A DNA stretch of 61,675 nucleotides, filler included, from Thelocarpon superellum (lineage: Eukaryota), in assembly GCA_026025795.1 (NCBI GenBank). It is 4 parts of 4 records of this genome, joined end to end, with 100 filler letters (N's around TTAATTAATTAA, not from the genome) between each part and the next. Parts side by side here need not be neighbours in the genome. Positions count along the whole stretch, not along the records: positions 1 to 15,628 come from JAPEUG010000408.1; positions 15,729 to 31,017 come from JAPEUG010000411.1; 2 more parts are not named here. The stretch is one strand, 5' to 3'. Made by a program: the position numbers and the translations under genes. The notes beneath the pieces were generated by a model. That model did no database searches. It saw nothing but the letters and a program-made list of their open reading frames with translations, and was not told the origin of the DNA. Positions within the stretch are counted from its first letter, which is position 1. Every line of letters begins with the position of its first letter. Of the stretch, positions 12,601 through 24,853 are shown piece after piece.

Positions 12601-13592
12601 TTTCGCGTGTCTTCCTGGGTCGCTTCGTTCCCTGTGGGCGGAGTTGGGGGACCGGGGGCGCAGGAGTGACTCCTGATCTTCCATACCCTCAATGGAGGCT
12701 TTTGGTCTAGCTTCATGCGCAGCCGTGGCGTCAGCGACATCACGTGATGCGCGGCAACACCGTCACAGTCGTGGAGCGTCGCGGTCCGTTGTCATTTTTG
12801 GCCCTATGCCCCATCCTGTCGTTGTCTCATCGAAATGCAGAATCACGTCGCGCCTGAGCGTCAACGATAGCATAGATGATGGTGTAAGGTATGTGCACTT
12901 CTCACGTGATGCACATCTGGTCCTTGGTGTAATACGACGCTTGTCGTTCACCATCTGCTCTGGCCCAACTCATCTACCACGTCGTGCTGGGCCCCGTGAT
13001 CAAATCCCGCCGCTTCGATTGATCCAGGAGCCAGGTGGCGCAGGTGATTGCGCTTTCTCCATTCACATACACGGCATGAAGCGTAGAAATGTGAACTGAC
13101 GCAACCGCTTTGCGCTCGAAGGGGAGCGTCCCGTGGCGCGCTGGAAGTGGCAGTGGTGTTTCGCGAATGAATGGCTTCGCCACCAGCTATAGGCCACTTA
13201 GGCTCCATAGGGATGCTCAGCACGGTTAGCAGAGCCACTACAGATCAACGGACATCCAAGAGCATGGCACGTCGGCTTGTTGCCTATCCTCACAGTGTAG
13301 CCATAGCGCTGGCATTCTCGGAGTCAATGCGAGGTAGGGTTTGTCTGCATGGCGATCGCCGCCGGATGAGCCCAACCGGTCTGTTTCGTTTGACCACGGG
13401 CCTCATCAATGCCATGCACACTTCCTGATGGGCGGCGTAGCAGTGGTCTGCAGGACTTCCATGTGATTGCAAACGGAAGCGCTATATCACAGAGATGGCG
13501 CCCGTCCTGACTGACCTGGCCAGGCCCAGTGCTCCATCTTATATCACGCACTGGGGTCCCAAGCCTCATGGACCACTGGTGATGATCTCGCC

Positions 13593-14611
13593 ATGGTTCC
13601 CCACGTCCTACATACCCTAACGTGGCTCACGGTGCTGGCTGTCACTCAAGTGCAGGCCGCATGTGGAGACAAATTGCCCAACGGCGTCACCGCCGGGGGC
13701 AGCAGCACCAAGCATGAGATTCTCAGCAGCGGCGGAAAACGCTCATACCTGCTTCATGTTCCCTCCAACTATGACACCCACAAGCCGACGCCGCTGGTTC
13801 TCTCTTATCACGGGCACACCAAGAATTGCTCCGAGCAGGAAGGGCTTTCCCAGTTCTCCAATGAAGAGTACAAACTTGACGCCATTGCCGTGTATCCTCA
13901 AGGATTGAAGGTGGGCGTGGAGCGTGGCCAATTCCTCCAACCGTCTTGCCCCGTTTCGTATGAGAACTGACCCGCGTGGCGCAGGACTCATGGCAAGGCG
14001 CTCCCTACGCCACAAAAGGCGTGGATGACGTGGTCTTCACCCTGGACCTGATCTCCACCATTGCCAAAGACTTTTGCCTCGACACGAAACGCATCTTCGC
14101 CAGCGGCAAATCCAACGGCGGCGGCTTCGTCAATACTCTGGCGTGCAACGCGAACAGCTCCAGCGTCATCGCCGCTTTCGCTCCCGTCTCGGGCGCTTAC
14201 TACGAGAATAAGGCGGGGGTGTTTCTGGCCGGTGCCTGTGCTCCTCGTCGCACACCGATGCCCATCCTCGAGTTTCATGGTTCGGCTGACGAAGTGGTGC
14301 CCTACAACGGTGGCCCCAGTCATAAAGCATCCCTTCCCGCGATCCCGAGGTGGCTCCAGCGCTGGGCGGCTCGCGATGGGTGCGCCGAGAACATGGTGGG
14401 TTCCTCGGTCATGTCTTTCGATGGCGTGGTCAACACCACCACCTGGTCCTGTGGTGGCCACGCCGATATCGTCACGGGATATTGGATCAAGGACCTGGGA
14501 CATGACTGGCCCAGCACCACGCCTAATGATGACAACAAGCATAACCACACCGTGCTGAATGCCACTCCCATCATCATGGACTTTTTCAAGCGACATTCTT
14601 TGCCGGCCTGA
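13593..14611 (+). CDS. Secreted carbohydrate esterase family 1 protein (feruloyl esterase C-like / LpqC-type alpha/beta hydrolase)
   Basis: Signal-peptide-like N-terminus. RSYLLHVPSNY..PLVLSYHG..AIAVYPQG. Intron 13911-13984. Nucleophile elbow ASGKSNGGG, ILEFHGSADEVVPY and LGHDWP supply the Ser-Asp-His triad pattern. Confidence 0.88.
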
Positions 14612-15628
14612 GGAGGACAGCTGAAGACCGACCGGAGTACATCTTGGCGTTTCTTGCAGAGACCGCGGAAAATTCGGGCGAGTCGCCACTGGCCTTGGTT
14701 TCGAGAAAGAGCTCAAATTCCTCGGAGTAGTCTGGCCCGCTAGCAGTCGAAGCCTGTGAAGATGTAGATAGTGCCGGCTCTCTTGGAATTCGTTCCGGGT
14801 TCGTAGGAAATCCTCGTTCAAGGTCGTTTGTGTTGACCCATCGGAGGGAGGATCGCTCCGTGCTCCCTGGACTGTCCCCACCAGCAGCCGGAGCCGAGCT
14901 TTCAGCCCCTCTCGCGTGGCCCTCGTTGGCCAGTTCTTCCATAAGGACACCGTCTGTGCATGCCATGACCTAGCTCGAGTAAGATCACGCCCCTTCCTTG
15001 CGGCAACATATGCCAAATCGATGAGTAGATGAGTGCAGCATCGCGATCACAGGGCGCGTCGCAGCTGCTTGTCAGTCGGCCGTGATGTCCAGCCAGCAGA
15101 CATCAGGCTGAGCCTCCTAACAATAGCCAAGGACGTTTGAGCCTCATTCGAACAGGGGGCCCACAGATCTGTTGATTTCACCTGTTACTTCTCTCGTTTC
15201 GTGCTCCGCCAGCGCCTAGCCGCCTGTCACCTCACCCTGTCCCGGTCACCTGTATTCATTGATTGGTATGCTCTGAACATGTCACTCCATCTGCAGCAAG
15301 TGGTGTTGTCTAGCCATGTAGCTGCTATCTATAGCTAATTTCGACCCCAACTGTGTAAACTTTGATGGGGCAGTCACACCAATCAACCAGGCTTCAGAGG
15401 AGTCGCTGACGGAAGTTGTGACAGGCATGGTGAGCTGGAGTCCTTCAATTAGTTGAACGAGTAGGGGATGCCGGATCACGTTACCTTCGGGCAATGGCGA
15501 CAAGACGCGCCACTCTCCCACTGCCATCGACATGTCCGTCGTGGCCACCAGGTCAAGGCTCTTCTGATCTTGCCGAGTTGTGCGACAGTGTAGGAAGATG
15601 TGGCCGACACAGAAGCCGAAAGCGAAGG

Positions 15629-15728
15629 NNNNNNNNNNNNNNNNNNNNNNNNNNNNNNNNNNNNNNNNNNNNTTAATTAATTAANNNNNNNNNNNNNNNN
15701 NNNNNNNNNNNNNNNNNNNNNNNNNNNN
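15629..15728. other. Artificial contig linker (44 N + TTAATTAATTAA + 44 N)
   Basis: Seen directly. TTAATTAATTAA at 15673-15684 gives stop codons in all six frames. Confidence 0.99.
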
Positions 15729-17001
15729 AGTCGAGCGAGTCCGGCGTGCCGTCGGCAGCCGGGACGTTACCGTGCGGCCGGCTGCTGAGAAGGAAGAGCT
15801 CTTCGATGCCGTGGGCGCGCGAGAGCATGTCAACATGGGCCTGCCAGATCTTATCAGTTCGCACCGACTTCAGGCTACTCATGTTATGCACGCGCTTCTT
15901 GACCATGTTACGCCAGTTACGGTCAACGAAGGCGCTCTCGGCGTCGCCACGGCCACCGACGCTGTTGATCTGTGTAATGGCGCGGACGGTTTGCCAATTC
16001 AGGAGGCCATCAAAGACCTCGATGTTGGGCAGGTACATGTTCTGGAAGCCGATTGTTTCCAGGTTCATGGTGTATTTGGCCGCGACACATTTCCCGAAAT
16101 ACGTGTGGAGTTGGATGCTGGGTTCTAGTTCTGCACGCATCCGCGGGCTCCAGTGCATCTTGAGATGACGGAGGTTCCGCGACTGGAGGAGGAGCAGAGA
16201 GATGTCGTCGGGGTGGCACAGTGGGTCGATGTTGCTGACCTTGAACGAGCGAAGGGTCGGCATTGGGGGAATCACGCAGCATTGACGCGCCAGACGTGAT
16301 GATGGGAATCGGATCTCCAGGGACTCTAGTCGAGGCCGTTGCGCCAGGCCCTGATAGACCGTGGGAAGCATGCGGGTGTTCAATTGCCAGCTGCGTCGGG
16401 TGAGTGTCCATGGACCGAATGAGGACACGAAGATCATGCTCACCTAAATGACTCCAGCATTTCCATCTTGTCGATGGCCGCCCGGACGGTAATGTTCAGC
16501 ATCATGTCGCAGTCGGGAATCCGGCCGACTTTGGCCGCATCTTCGAGCCCGTGTGGCCCCCAGTCACCCCACAGAGTCAAGGATCGAACCAGTCCAGCGA
16601 CATTTCGCGTCACCAGCCCGTTCAATGCCATGCAAAAGGGGCTGGCGCCGCCACATCCCTCCGGCTCGTCCTCCGCGTAGCGGATCTCGGCATAGGAGCG
16701 GAGGGTGACGCGTTCATGAAGCTGCGGCAGGGTCATGTAATGGAGGACGCGACATGTTCGGCAGACCCGCGCCAGGTCGCCCACATCATCCAGCTATCCA
16801 TTGGTCAGTCGGTGGCCTGTCACCCTCCATCGAAGCCGGGTACAGGGAAAAGGAGAGCCGAGTGCATACATAGGAGACGATCAAGGCGATTAGATTCAAG
16901 GGCAGCACCACCACCTGCCCGGTATTTGACGGTCGGATGTTATTATGGAAGGGCGCGGTGATGATATTTTGGTTCATCATGGTGAGGGTGGACATGGACA
17001 A
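15729..17001 (-). CDS. F-box domain protein with RNI/LRR-like C-terminus, 3'-truncated by the linker
   Basis: Exons 17001-16870, 16793-16444 and 16390-<15729, with introns 16869-16794 and 16443-16391. The spliced F-box motif reads LPLNLIALIVSY|LDDVGDLARVCRTCRVLHYMTLPQL. The exact start ATG is uncertain among several Met codons. Confidence 0.82.
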
Positions 17002-18441
17002 GAAGGAGACGGGAAGAGGCCGCGTGGGGCTTCATACAGAAGGAACGGGGAGAATTAAGAATGAGTCAACGGGCAGATGCATGACACTAAATGCATTGGC
17101 CTACTTCACGATCGCGGGCCCGGCCGTCGGTCTCTTTAGGGAACGCGTCATACAGGAAGGTGAGAGAGATGGAAGGAAGAGCTACAGTGTTCTGCTCCAG
17201 TTGTTTGTGGCTGAGTTCCAATGGAAGTCGTCAGGCATTTCAGGCAACCAAATTACCATCGTCACCGGGCGCCCTGGTCGTCCCGTCCTCGGCAAAACGA
17301 TCGCCCGACATCCGACCAGTCGGGATAGAGGGTACAAGGGCCACGACGGGGGCAACGTCAACTACTTGCATTTTGCTGGGAGAGATTGGATTGACGGATC
17401 CCCGAGCTCTACAAGAGTTACGAATATATCAGGGTGATGATGGAATCAGGGTGATGATGGCAGCCTGGAGCTGGGCTCGTTGGGCATCACCGATGCCCAT
17501 CCGACGGACACATCGTCGCGCGGACACACGCGGTCACTTGCGACGACTTCGGCCGGCTGGAGTCCCCCACGTTCCCGCGTTCCTACGCCGACATGCCACC
17601 CGCTTAGCGATGGCTGCCGGCGCCTCGCTTCTGGGGCCTGTGCACAGGGCTGAGGGGACTTGGGCATGATTCTCTACGTTGCTTGTACCCAGCTCTCCTT
17701 CGCACATTCTGCGTTGGGACGAAATACGATGGATGGGGGTGCTCCTCGGTAGGCCATCGAGCTCACGCGACATCGCAGCGAGTACGGAGCTCGAGCGGAA
17801 AGGCTGTCCCAAAATGCATGCCCGAGGCCAATGCAAGATCACTTTCCATGACAACTGACGACCAAAACATGTGTACCATTGCTGTGGGGGCTTCTTGAGC
17901 AACCAAACGTTGTTGTCTTGTGCAACGGTGCGACGGTGTGATGCGTGAGCGGTGCCCAGGAGCAGCTCGCTATTGTCTCTACCACAGTGAAGAACCGTCG
18001 CTCACGCCGCCTGTGTCGGTCCGTTGGCAGATTGAGTTTGATGACTCAGGTCAAAGTGGGCGCGCGGTGGAAACTTTCCACGCGTAGACGCTTTCTTCGG
18101 CGAATGAGAGGCCCAAGATGAGGCTTGGGGCGGGAGTAGCGACCGAGCGACCGAGCGACCGACGGGTGACGGGCGTCGTGCAACACAGCGACGGTGCAAT
18201 GAGCGTACCCGATCCTCGTATCTGGTACTGCAGAACTGACAGGACCTTTGCACCACCGCCGCTCCTTCCCTCTTCCCATTGTCATCTGGTATCCGGTTGA
18301 TGGAGCCGGTCAGGTCCTCATAACTGCTCCACGCCCCTCTCTCCTTTCCTTCCGTCCGCCGCGGTCGCTAAGGCACGCAACGGCTGGCAGGAGCACCTGG
18401 GCCCGGGCGTGGCCGTCATCTTGGTCGGTGGACGATGCAAC

Positions 18442-19934
18442 ATGACTCGACTTCGAAGCCGATCCAACGGTCTGAGCGGCGAGCCTCGCGGTGATACTGG
18501 CGCACCGGCCGTCTCGACCTTGAAGCCCCGGATGAATGGGAGCCATTCACCTGTACGCTCCCTCCCGTCGGTCGCGTGACTTGGCTTGACGATGGACGAT
18601 TGACGATTGACGACCCGACAAAGCTGCAGGACGCTGGCGCCAAAGATCGACGGCGACCCTTGTCGCGTCAACGTCGACGATCGCGCGGTCTGTTCCAGCG
18701 ATGGAAAGACCTCTCCTTCCGCCACACGTGGATCAACCCGCTCGTCATTCTGCTCGTCGTCCTCTCAGGCTACGCCATTGACCCGACCCCGTCCAACCCC
18801 ATTCACCATGCTCTCTTCCTCTCGTATGCACTGCCACGACCGGCGGGCGCGGATCCGTCGACGCCGATTCAATACGGCAAGGGCGGGTACGACTTTGCCT
18901 TTGTCGCCTTTTACATCGTCCTCCTGTCCTTTACGCGCGAGTTCCTCATGCAGATTGTCATCCGGCCGCTGGCCGTCGCGTGCGGGATCAAGGGCCGGGC
19001 GAAGCAATCGCGCTTCATGGAGCAGATGTACACGGCCATGTACTTTGCCATCTTCGGCCCGCTGGGCCTGTACGTGATGAGCCGTACCCCGGTGTGGTAC
19101 TTCAACACGACGGCCTTCTTCCTCGATTTCCCGCACAGGACGCACGAGGCTGTCTTCAAGGCTTACTACCTCCTGCAGGCCGCCTACTGGGCCCAGCAAG
19201 CCATCGTGCTGATGCTGATGCTGGAGAAGCCGCGCAAGGACTTCAAGGAGTTGGTATTGCATCACATCATCACCATCACCCTGATCTGGTGCAGCTACCG
19301 CTTCCACTTTACCTACATGGGCCTGGCCGTGTACATTACGCACGACATCAGCGACTTCTTCCTGGCGGTAAGTGCCGACAGCTCACCTGATACCCGCTGT
19401 CACGCTGACCCTTGCTAGACCTCCAAATCCCTCAACTACGTCGACTCCATCTTCGTGGGCCCCTACTTCATCATGTTCGCCGGCATCTGGATGTACCTAC
19501 GCCACTGGATCAACTGGCAGATCTTGTGGGCCGTGGCCACGGAGTTCCGGACGGTGGGCCCATTCGAGCTCGACTGGGACACGCAGCAGTACAAGTGCTG
19601 GATCTCCCAGGGGCTGTGCGCCGCGCTCCTCGTCAGCCTACAGGCCGTCAATCTCTTCTGGTTATATCTGATTGCCAAGATTGCCAAGAACTACGTCTTT
19701 GCCAATGCCTTGGCTGATGAGCGGAGTGATGGGGAGGAGGAGGATGAGGAGGATCGAAAGGCCGAGGGGGATGGGGAGGGCAAGGACGTTCATCCGAATG
19801 GACACGTGGGCGGAGACCGTGACAATGGGAGTGCGAGACTCAAGCCAGGAGAAAGCTACGCGGATGCCGTGACCATGAACGGGACGGCGAAGGGAACGGT
19901 GACGGTGAATGGCGAGGCGAAGAAGGAGCGCTGA
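18442..19934 (+). CDS. LAC1: Ceramide synthase / sphingosine N-acyltransferase (Lag1/Lac1, TLC domain)
   Basis: Exons 18442-18552, 18630-19367 and 19419-19934. Lag1p motif [48 protein letters not shown], multiple TM segments, and acidic tail DERSDGEEEDEE. Confidence 0.95.
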
Positions 19935-19963
19935 TCTACACTCCACATCCTACCTATACCAAA

Positions 19964-20005
19964 CCCTACGCCCTACGCCCTACGCCCTACGCCCTACGCC
20001 CTACG
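19964..20005 (+). repeat. (CCCTACG)6 heptamer microsatellite in the LAC1 3' region
   Basis: Six perfect tandem copies seen directly. Confidence 0.95.
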
Positions 20006-20372
20006 CTTTACAGTATCACCAGTGTCCTTGATTATCCTCCTTCCTTCCGCTGATCATTATCCATGCCGATCCGACTCACCGTTTCCCCATCTCCACCCTC
20101 ATCTTTCTTAATTTCCATTTTCGGTTCGACAGCCCTTCACTTCTATTTGACATATCTATCTAGGCATCCATAGAAGCGTGCAGGAATACAAGTGTTTAAT
20201 GCATTGATTGATGGACAGATGGGTAGATGGATCGACTGATAGCATGTCGTATCGGATGCCGCATGGTGTCTATGCGAGACCCCCTCCCCTCCTTCTCCAC
20301 ATCAACATGATGGCAGAACAAAGGAAGCAGGGAGAGAAAAGGGAACGGGAAAGGGAAGGGGGACGAAAAGTC

Positions 20373-22653
20373 CTAAAAGACTTTCCGTAATCCAGTCGTC
20401 TTCATTGTCGCTGCGTGGGTGATGGAAGTAGGATGAGGAGAGGACGACGTCGGGGAAGGCATGGGCGACGGAGAAGGAGAGGGCGGAACGAGAAGAGAAG
20501 GCGGACCAGGAGGGAGTAGAGTGCCGTTCCCCTGTCGCCGGAAGTTCCCTTGCTGCTTCCCCGCGGCCTCGACGCTGTCTTCGCTCCCTGCTGCGCGCTC
20601 GTCTGCGCTGTCGATGCTTGAGTCGCGAAGCGCAGAGCCCGTGGCACTACCTCCACCACCGTATGAGAGCGCACGTACTCCCCCGACCTTCCTCGCAGGG
20701 GACGGCTCGCCGTTGACGCCAGCGGCCGAGAGGACATAGAGAAGATATTTGAGGTTGGGCAGGGTATGGCGCAGATCGAGCACGGCGAGACCGACGCTGT
20801 TCATGACGGCCTCGATGTCCTTGTTGAGTAGAAACACGGCATAGTCGAATCGGAAGCGCGCGACGCCTTGTGCGTACAGCGGGAACAGACGTGCAGTGTC
20901 GGGCATGATGGAGATGGGGTCGGAGACGGAGGAGCTGGATGCGCGGGGGGTGAGCGGGTAGGGGACGGGAATGGAGAGGTACAGCGAGAGGTGGTGCAGG
21001 AGGTGAGCCACGTGTCCGAGGGCCGCGGCCGTGGTGTCGTCGTCGCTGTTGCGGAACGAGGAGTTGGGCAGCGCGAGCCCGCGGATGGTGAAGGAGAGGG
21101 CTTGGTGGGGTATCTGGGCGGGTTAGAGCGCGACGCGAGAGGGGCGGCAGGGAAGGAAAGGGGGACGACATACAGGCTCGATGGGGTAGATGGCCGCCAG
21201 GTCTTCACAGATCCGTCGACGTTGATCACGGAGCGCGTCCGTGTTGGTCGCGACCATCGCTCGGCTGTCCGTCAGCTTTGTCGTCGCCCCATCCAGGTAC
21301 TCGCGCGCCTTGTCCTTCGACCGTCGCCCCTGCTTCATGGCGTCGCGGCGGGCAGTCAAGCTGGCCTGGAGCTCCGCCCGTCGGCTGCTGGCTGATTTGA
21401 CCTGCTTCCGCTCCTGTGCCAGGTAGCGTTTGGTCGCGGCGAGCGACTCGTGGGCTTGTGCCGCCTGGGCCTCCAGGTCAAAAGACGCGTGGTTCTGTTC
21501 GATGATGGCGTCGATCTGCGACGTGATCTTGTCACGGGTCGCCAGGGCGTCTTGGATGCAGTCGTCCAGCGTCGACAGTCGCATCAGCGCGTCGTACGAC
21601 GATGTCGGCGTCACGTCGTCCGCCAGGGCCGTGGGTGGGGCCAGCGAGACAGGTAGGGCGGGCTCGTCGGGTGCCAGGTCGGTGAAGGTCGTGTAGACGC
21701 CGTCGGAGAGATGGAAGACGACGCAATTGGGAGGAAGGGGATGGTAGAAGTGGTCCAGCTGGGAGTCGTCAGAGGCAAGCCGGTGCAGAAGAGAAGGCTC
21801 TTTACGGATTTGCCGATAAACTGCAGAGAGCGCAAGCTGAGTTGTAGCTCGAGCAAGAATTGAAATTCCTTCATGCCCTCATTCTTGGCCCAGACTTTGA
21901 CCACCACTTCGTCGACTCGAGCAATCTTTGGCCCGCAGAGGCCGAGGTGGAAGAATTGGAAATTGGGATTCTGGCTCAATCAGACGGGTTCCTCGCCCAC
22001 ACGAAGGATGGTCTTACCATCGCCTTTGGCGCCACCTCGCTGATATAAATTGGTTCTGCAGGTCTGTCAGGACGACGGCAATCCTTGACGACAGTGCAAG
22101 CTCACCATCATCATCCAGCAGGTGCAGCGTGAAGAAGCTGTCCAGCATGCGCTCGCCCAGCACCGCTTCCAGCTTTTGCTGTCGTACCTCCGGCGTCGCG
22201 CCCGTCCAATGCAAGGTACTCCGTCTCCGCAAGCCTGGGGGCTTTCGCTTTCCCAGATCCCCGGTGCCATTGCTTAGGGGCTTCTTTGCGGGGGCGCTAG
22301 TCGGATGGACGGTGAGGTCGGTCGTTGACCGGGACAATTCCAGCTTGGTGCTCTGCTGCTGGGCGAGGAGCTTTGCAGGGGATTTCCACGTCTGAGACAG
22401 GACCTCGTCGTCCACGGAGGTGCTGGCCGACAGCGTGGAAGCATTGGGAAAGGTGAGGTTACGTAGGGAGAGTCCCTGCAGGTGTCGGAGCTTGCGGTTC
22501 TTCCATTCGACCCGTCAGCACCCACGGTCCAGGACGTAGCAATGCCACACCTACCGATGGTAAAAGCCAGGGACGATCTCTTCTCGACGTGAGTGCCTTG
22601 GCTAGATGAGCCGCATTTCCTGGCTTTCGGCCAGGGCCGCTCTCAGTCGCCAT
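20373..22653 (-). CDS. VPS38: Vps38/UVRAG-like PI3K complex subunit (Atg14/Vps38 family), multi-exon
   Basis: Spliced segments include RDRPWLLPS|NRKLRHLQGLSLRNLTF, LDSFFTLH, NPNFQFF..VVVKVW, SSYDALMRLSTLDDCIQDALATR, the coiled coil ..RRRICEDLAAIYPIEP, and RLFPLYAQGVARFRFDYAVFLLNKDIE..DLRHTLPNLKYLLY. Confidence 0.88.
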
Positions 22654-23048
22654 GGTCGTGGCCGCATCCAGCCCGAGCCATCAACCAGCGACGCCGACCG
22701 CCGTCACCTTAGGCACAGATGTCCATGTGCCAGTGGGTGTCGAGCAGCCAGAGCATCGTGGAGAGCTTTGCGGACCCTCGTGGTGGGCCGTCAACATGGG
22801 TGATGCAAGGTGGAGATGAAGCTGGGGGGGTGGAATGGCTGTTCGTGTGCCTACGATCGGCCGATTGCCCGATTGGGACAAATCAGCTTGTCGATCGATG
22901 GCGAAATTTTGTCTATTGATCCCTTCTTCCCCAAGTCAGAGCAACACCCGCTCGACGCCCTCAGTGCGTTGTAGACACCGTACTTGAAGGTTATCTCGGA
23001 CTGGCTCAGTGGCCCGACGATGCTCTCTTCCATGATTCACTTCTCAAC

Positions 23049-24268
23049 ATGATTCGTGCACCGAGATCCAGCCTCCCGCGGCATGCTGATCGAGGCCGGC
23101 ACATCTACGTCTACAACAACATCCGCACCAACCAAGTCGTCTACTCGCTCACACGGACCTTGCAGGTGTGTGCCAAGGGATACCGAGCCCGGATGATGAG
23201 ATGGTACTAATGGCGATAGAACAATGACTCGCTCAAGCAGCTCCCCTACCTGGGCAAGAAGACCGTGCCAGCGGCTCTCCGAAAAGACCTGTGGCAACCC
23301 ATGGCCGCCATCTCCTTCCCTCAACCCCCACAAGGCCTCGCCGCCTACCACAAGCTCCGGGAATACCGACGACTGCATGAGCTCTCGTGGCCGGTGGAAG
23401 ACATGCAGGACGAGCGGCATCCGCACATGCTCATCTCGAGGAAGAAGCGAGGGCGGAAGTTGATGGACCAGAAGGCGAACAGCGTCGCCGACATCGCCAC
23501 CGTCTTGCACGCACAGGAGAAGGAAGGACAGGAGACCATCGAGCAGCTCGAGCGGGCTCGAAAGGCGCTAGTGACGGTGCAGATGATGGCGCGTCGCACC
23601 CAGCTCAAGCGGCACGAGCTGGAACGACGAGCACGGCTCCGACAGAAGGGAGAGCTGGGCAAGGTTTTGACGTTGGAGGAGTGGCTGGAGAACCAAGACG
23701 CGGCGCTCAAGAAGATGCCAGCCTACCACGCCGAGCTCCTCGGACGAAGTCGTCAAGTTCGCGTCGCCGAGCAAGAGGCGCAGGAGCAACGACACGCGCG
23801 GGAGCGCGAAGCAGCCTCAGTCGACGCCACCTCCCCCAGCACCGAGCTCCTCGACCATCAAAAGGGAGAACAGGGCATCCTGCAGGCGGACTTGGCCGAA
23901 CGAGATGCCGCCGAAGTCGCGAAATATGCGGCGGAGTACAACCGGGCCCAGAGTCGACATGCCGAGCTCACGCCAAAGCTCAAGCAGCTCATCCAAGCGC
24001 TCGAATCCGCCTCGACCAATGGTCAAGAGATCCCTTCCGAGCAGGACATGACCGATCTTCTTTCGCGCCAAACCACAGAGAAAGACGTCCTCCTCGCCCG
24101 CCAAGCAAACGAGCGCGACGCCCTCACCAATGCAGGGAGCAAAGCATGGCACCGGCTCCAGCGCGCCGTCTTTACCTTTTCCTACACGTATCCGATCAGA
24201 CAAGCACGCACCATGGACATACTTCTCCGGACGCAATCCAAGTCGTCCTCAGCCCTGCCGTCGACATT

Positions 24269-24308
<40 letters not shown>

Positions 24309-24737
24309 GACATCCAATCCATCCGCGCCCTCGCGTCAACGCACCTAACCGAGCAGAAGTTCATCTTGCACGCCGCCCTCCGCGCCGCACTCAACGCCAG
24401 CACCACGGAGGAACCAGCAGGCCGAGGGAGAAGCAAAGGCAAAGGCAAGACGAACGGGAAGACGAAAATCGTCCGCGGCGTCTCCGGGGTCCGCATAGAC
24501 TGGGCATCTGTGCTTGACGCCGAGTTCGCGCCCACATGGCCACAGGCCGTCGTACACGCGCCGATGGAGTCCACGACTGACGTCGGCTCTTCCAGACGGC
24601 ATACCGCTCCTCGTGCGCCCGAGGCCGGTGAGCCTGTCCTGCCGGCTCCCTGGGTCCACGCGGATCTGGTGGACGAGACGTGGAGTGGTGGCAGGGAGAG
24701 TCTTCGTGGGCGGTTGGCTGGTCGCGTGTCCATGTAG
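23049..24737 (+). CDS. MHR1: Mitochondrial large ribosomal subunit protein mL67 / Mhr1 family, with a large internal insertion
   Basis: Exon 1 23049-23165 (MIRAPRSSLPRHADRGRHIYVYNNIRTNQVVYSLTRTLQ), intron 23166-23219, exon 2 23220-24737. Motifs KKTVPAALRKDLWQP, YHKLREYRRLHELSW, KLMDQKANSVADIATVL and C-terminal VRIDWASVLDAEFAPTWPQAVVH. About 544 aa. Confidence 0.88.
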
Positions 24738-24853
24738 TCCCATCTCTCCCGACTGTTGTCACATTGTAGTCATAGCATAGATAGACAGAGGTACAGTACA
24801 GTCCAAAAGGCAGTGAGGATGTATTCCCCTTGACTACATCTACAGAGCGATCA

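Noticed and set aside
14586..15548. Short minus-strand ORFs 14586-14966 and 15282-15548 as a gene
   Set aside because: No recognisable domain or consistent splice structure. At most an unidentifiable relic near a contig end.
15673..15684. TTAATTAATTAA as a biological element (PacI-like site or transposon target)
   Set aside because: It is embedded symmetrically in N runs three times, so it is an assembly linker.
19964..20005. Telomeric repeat tract
   Set aside because: The unit CCCTACG differs from fungal CCCTAA, and the tract is short and internal between two genes.
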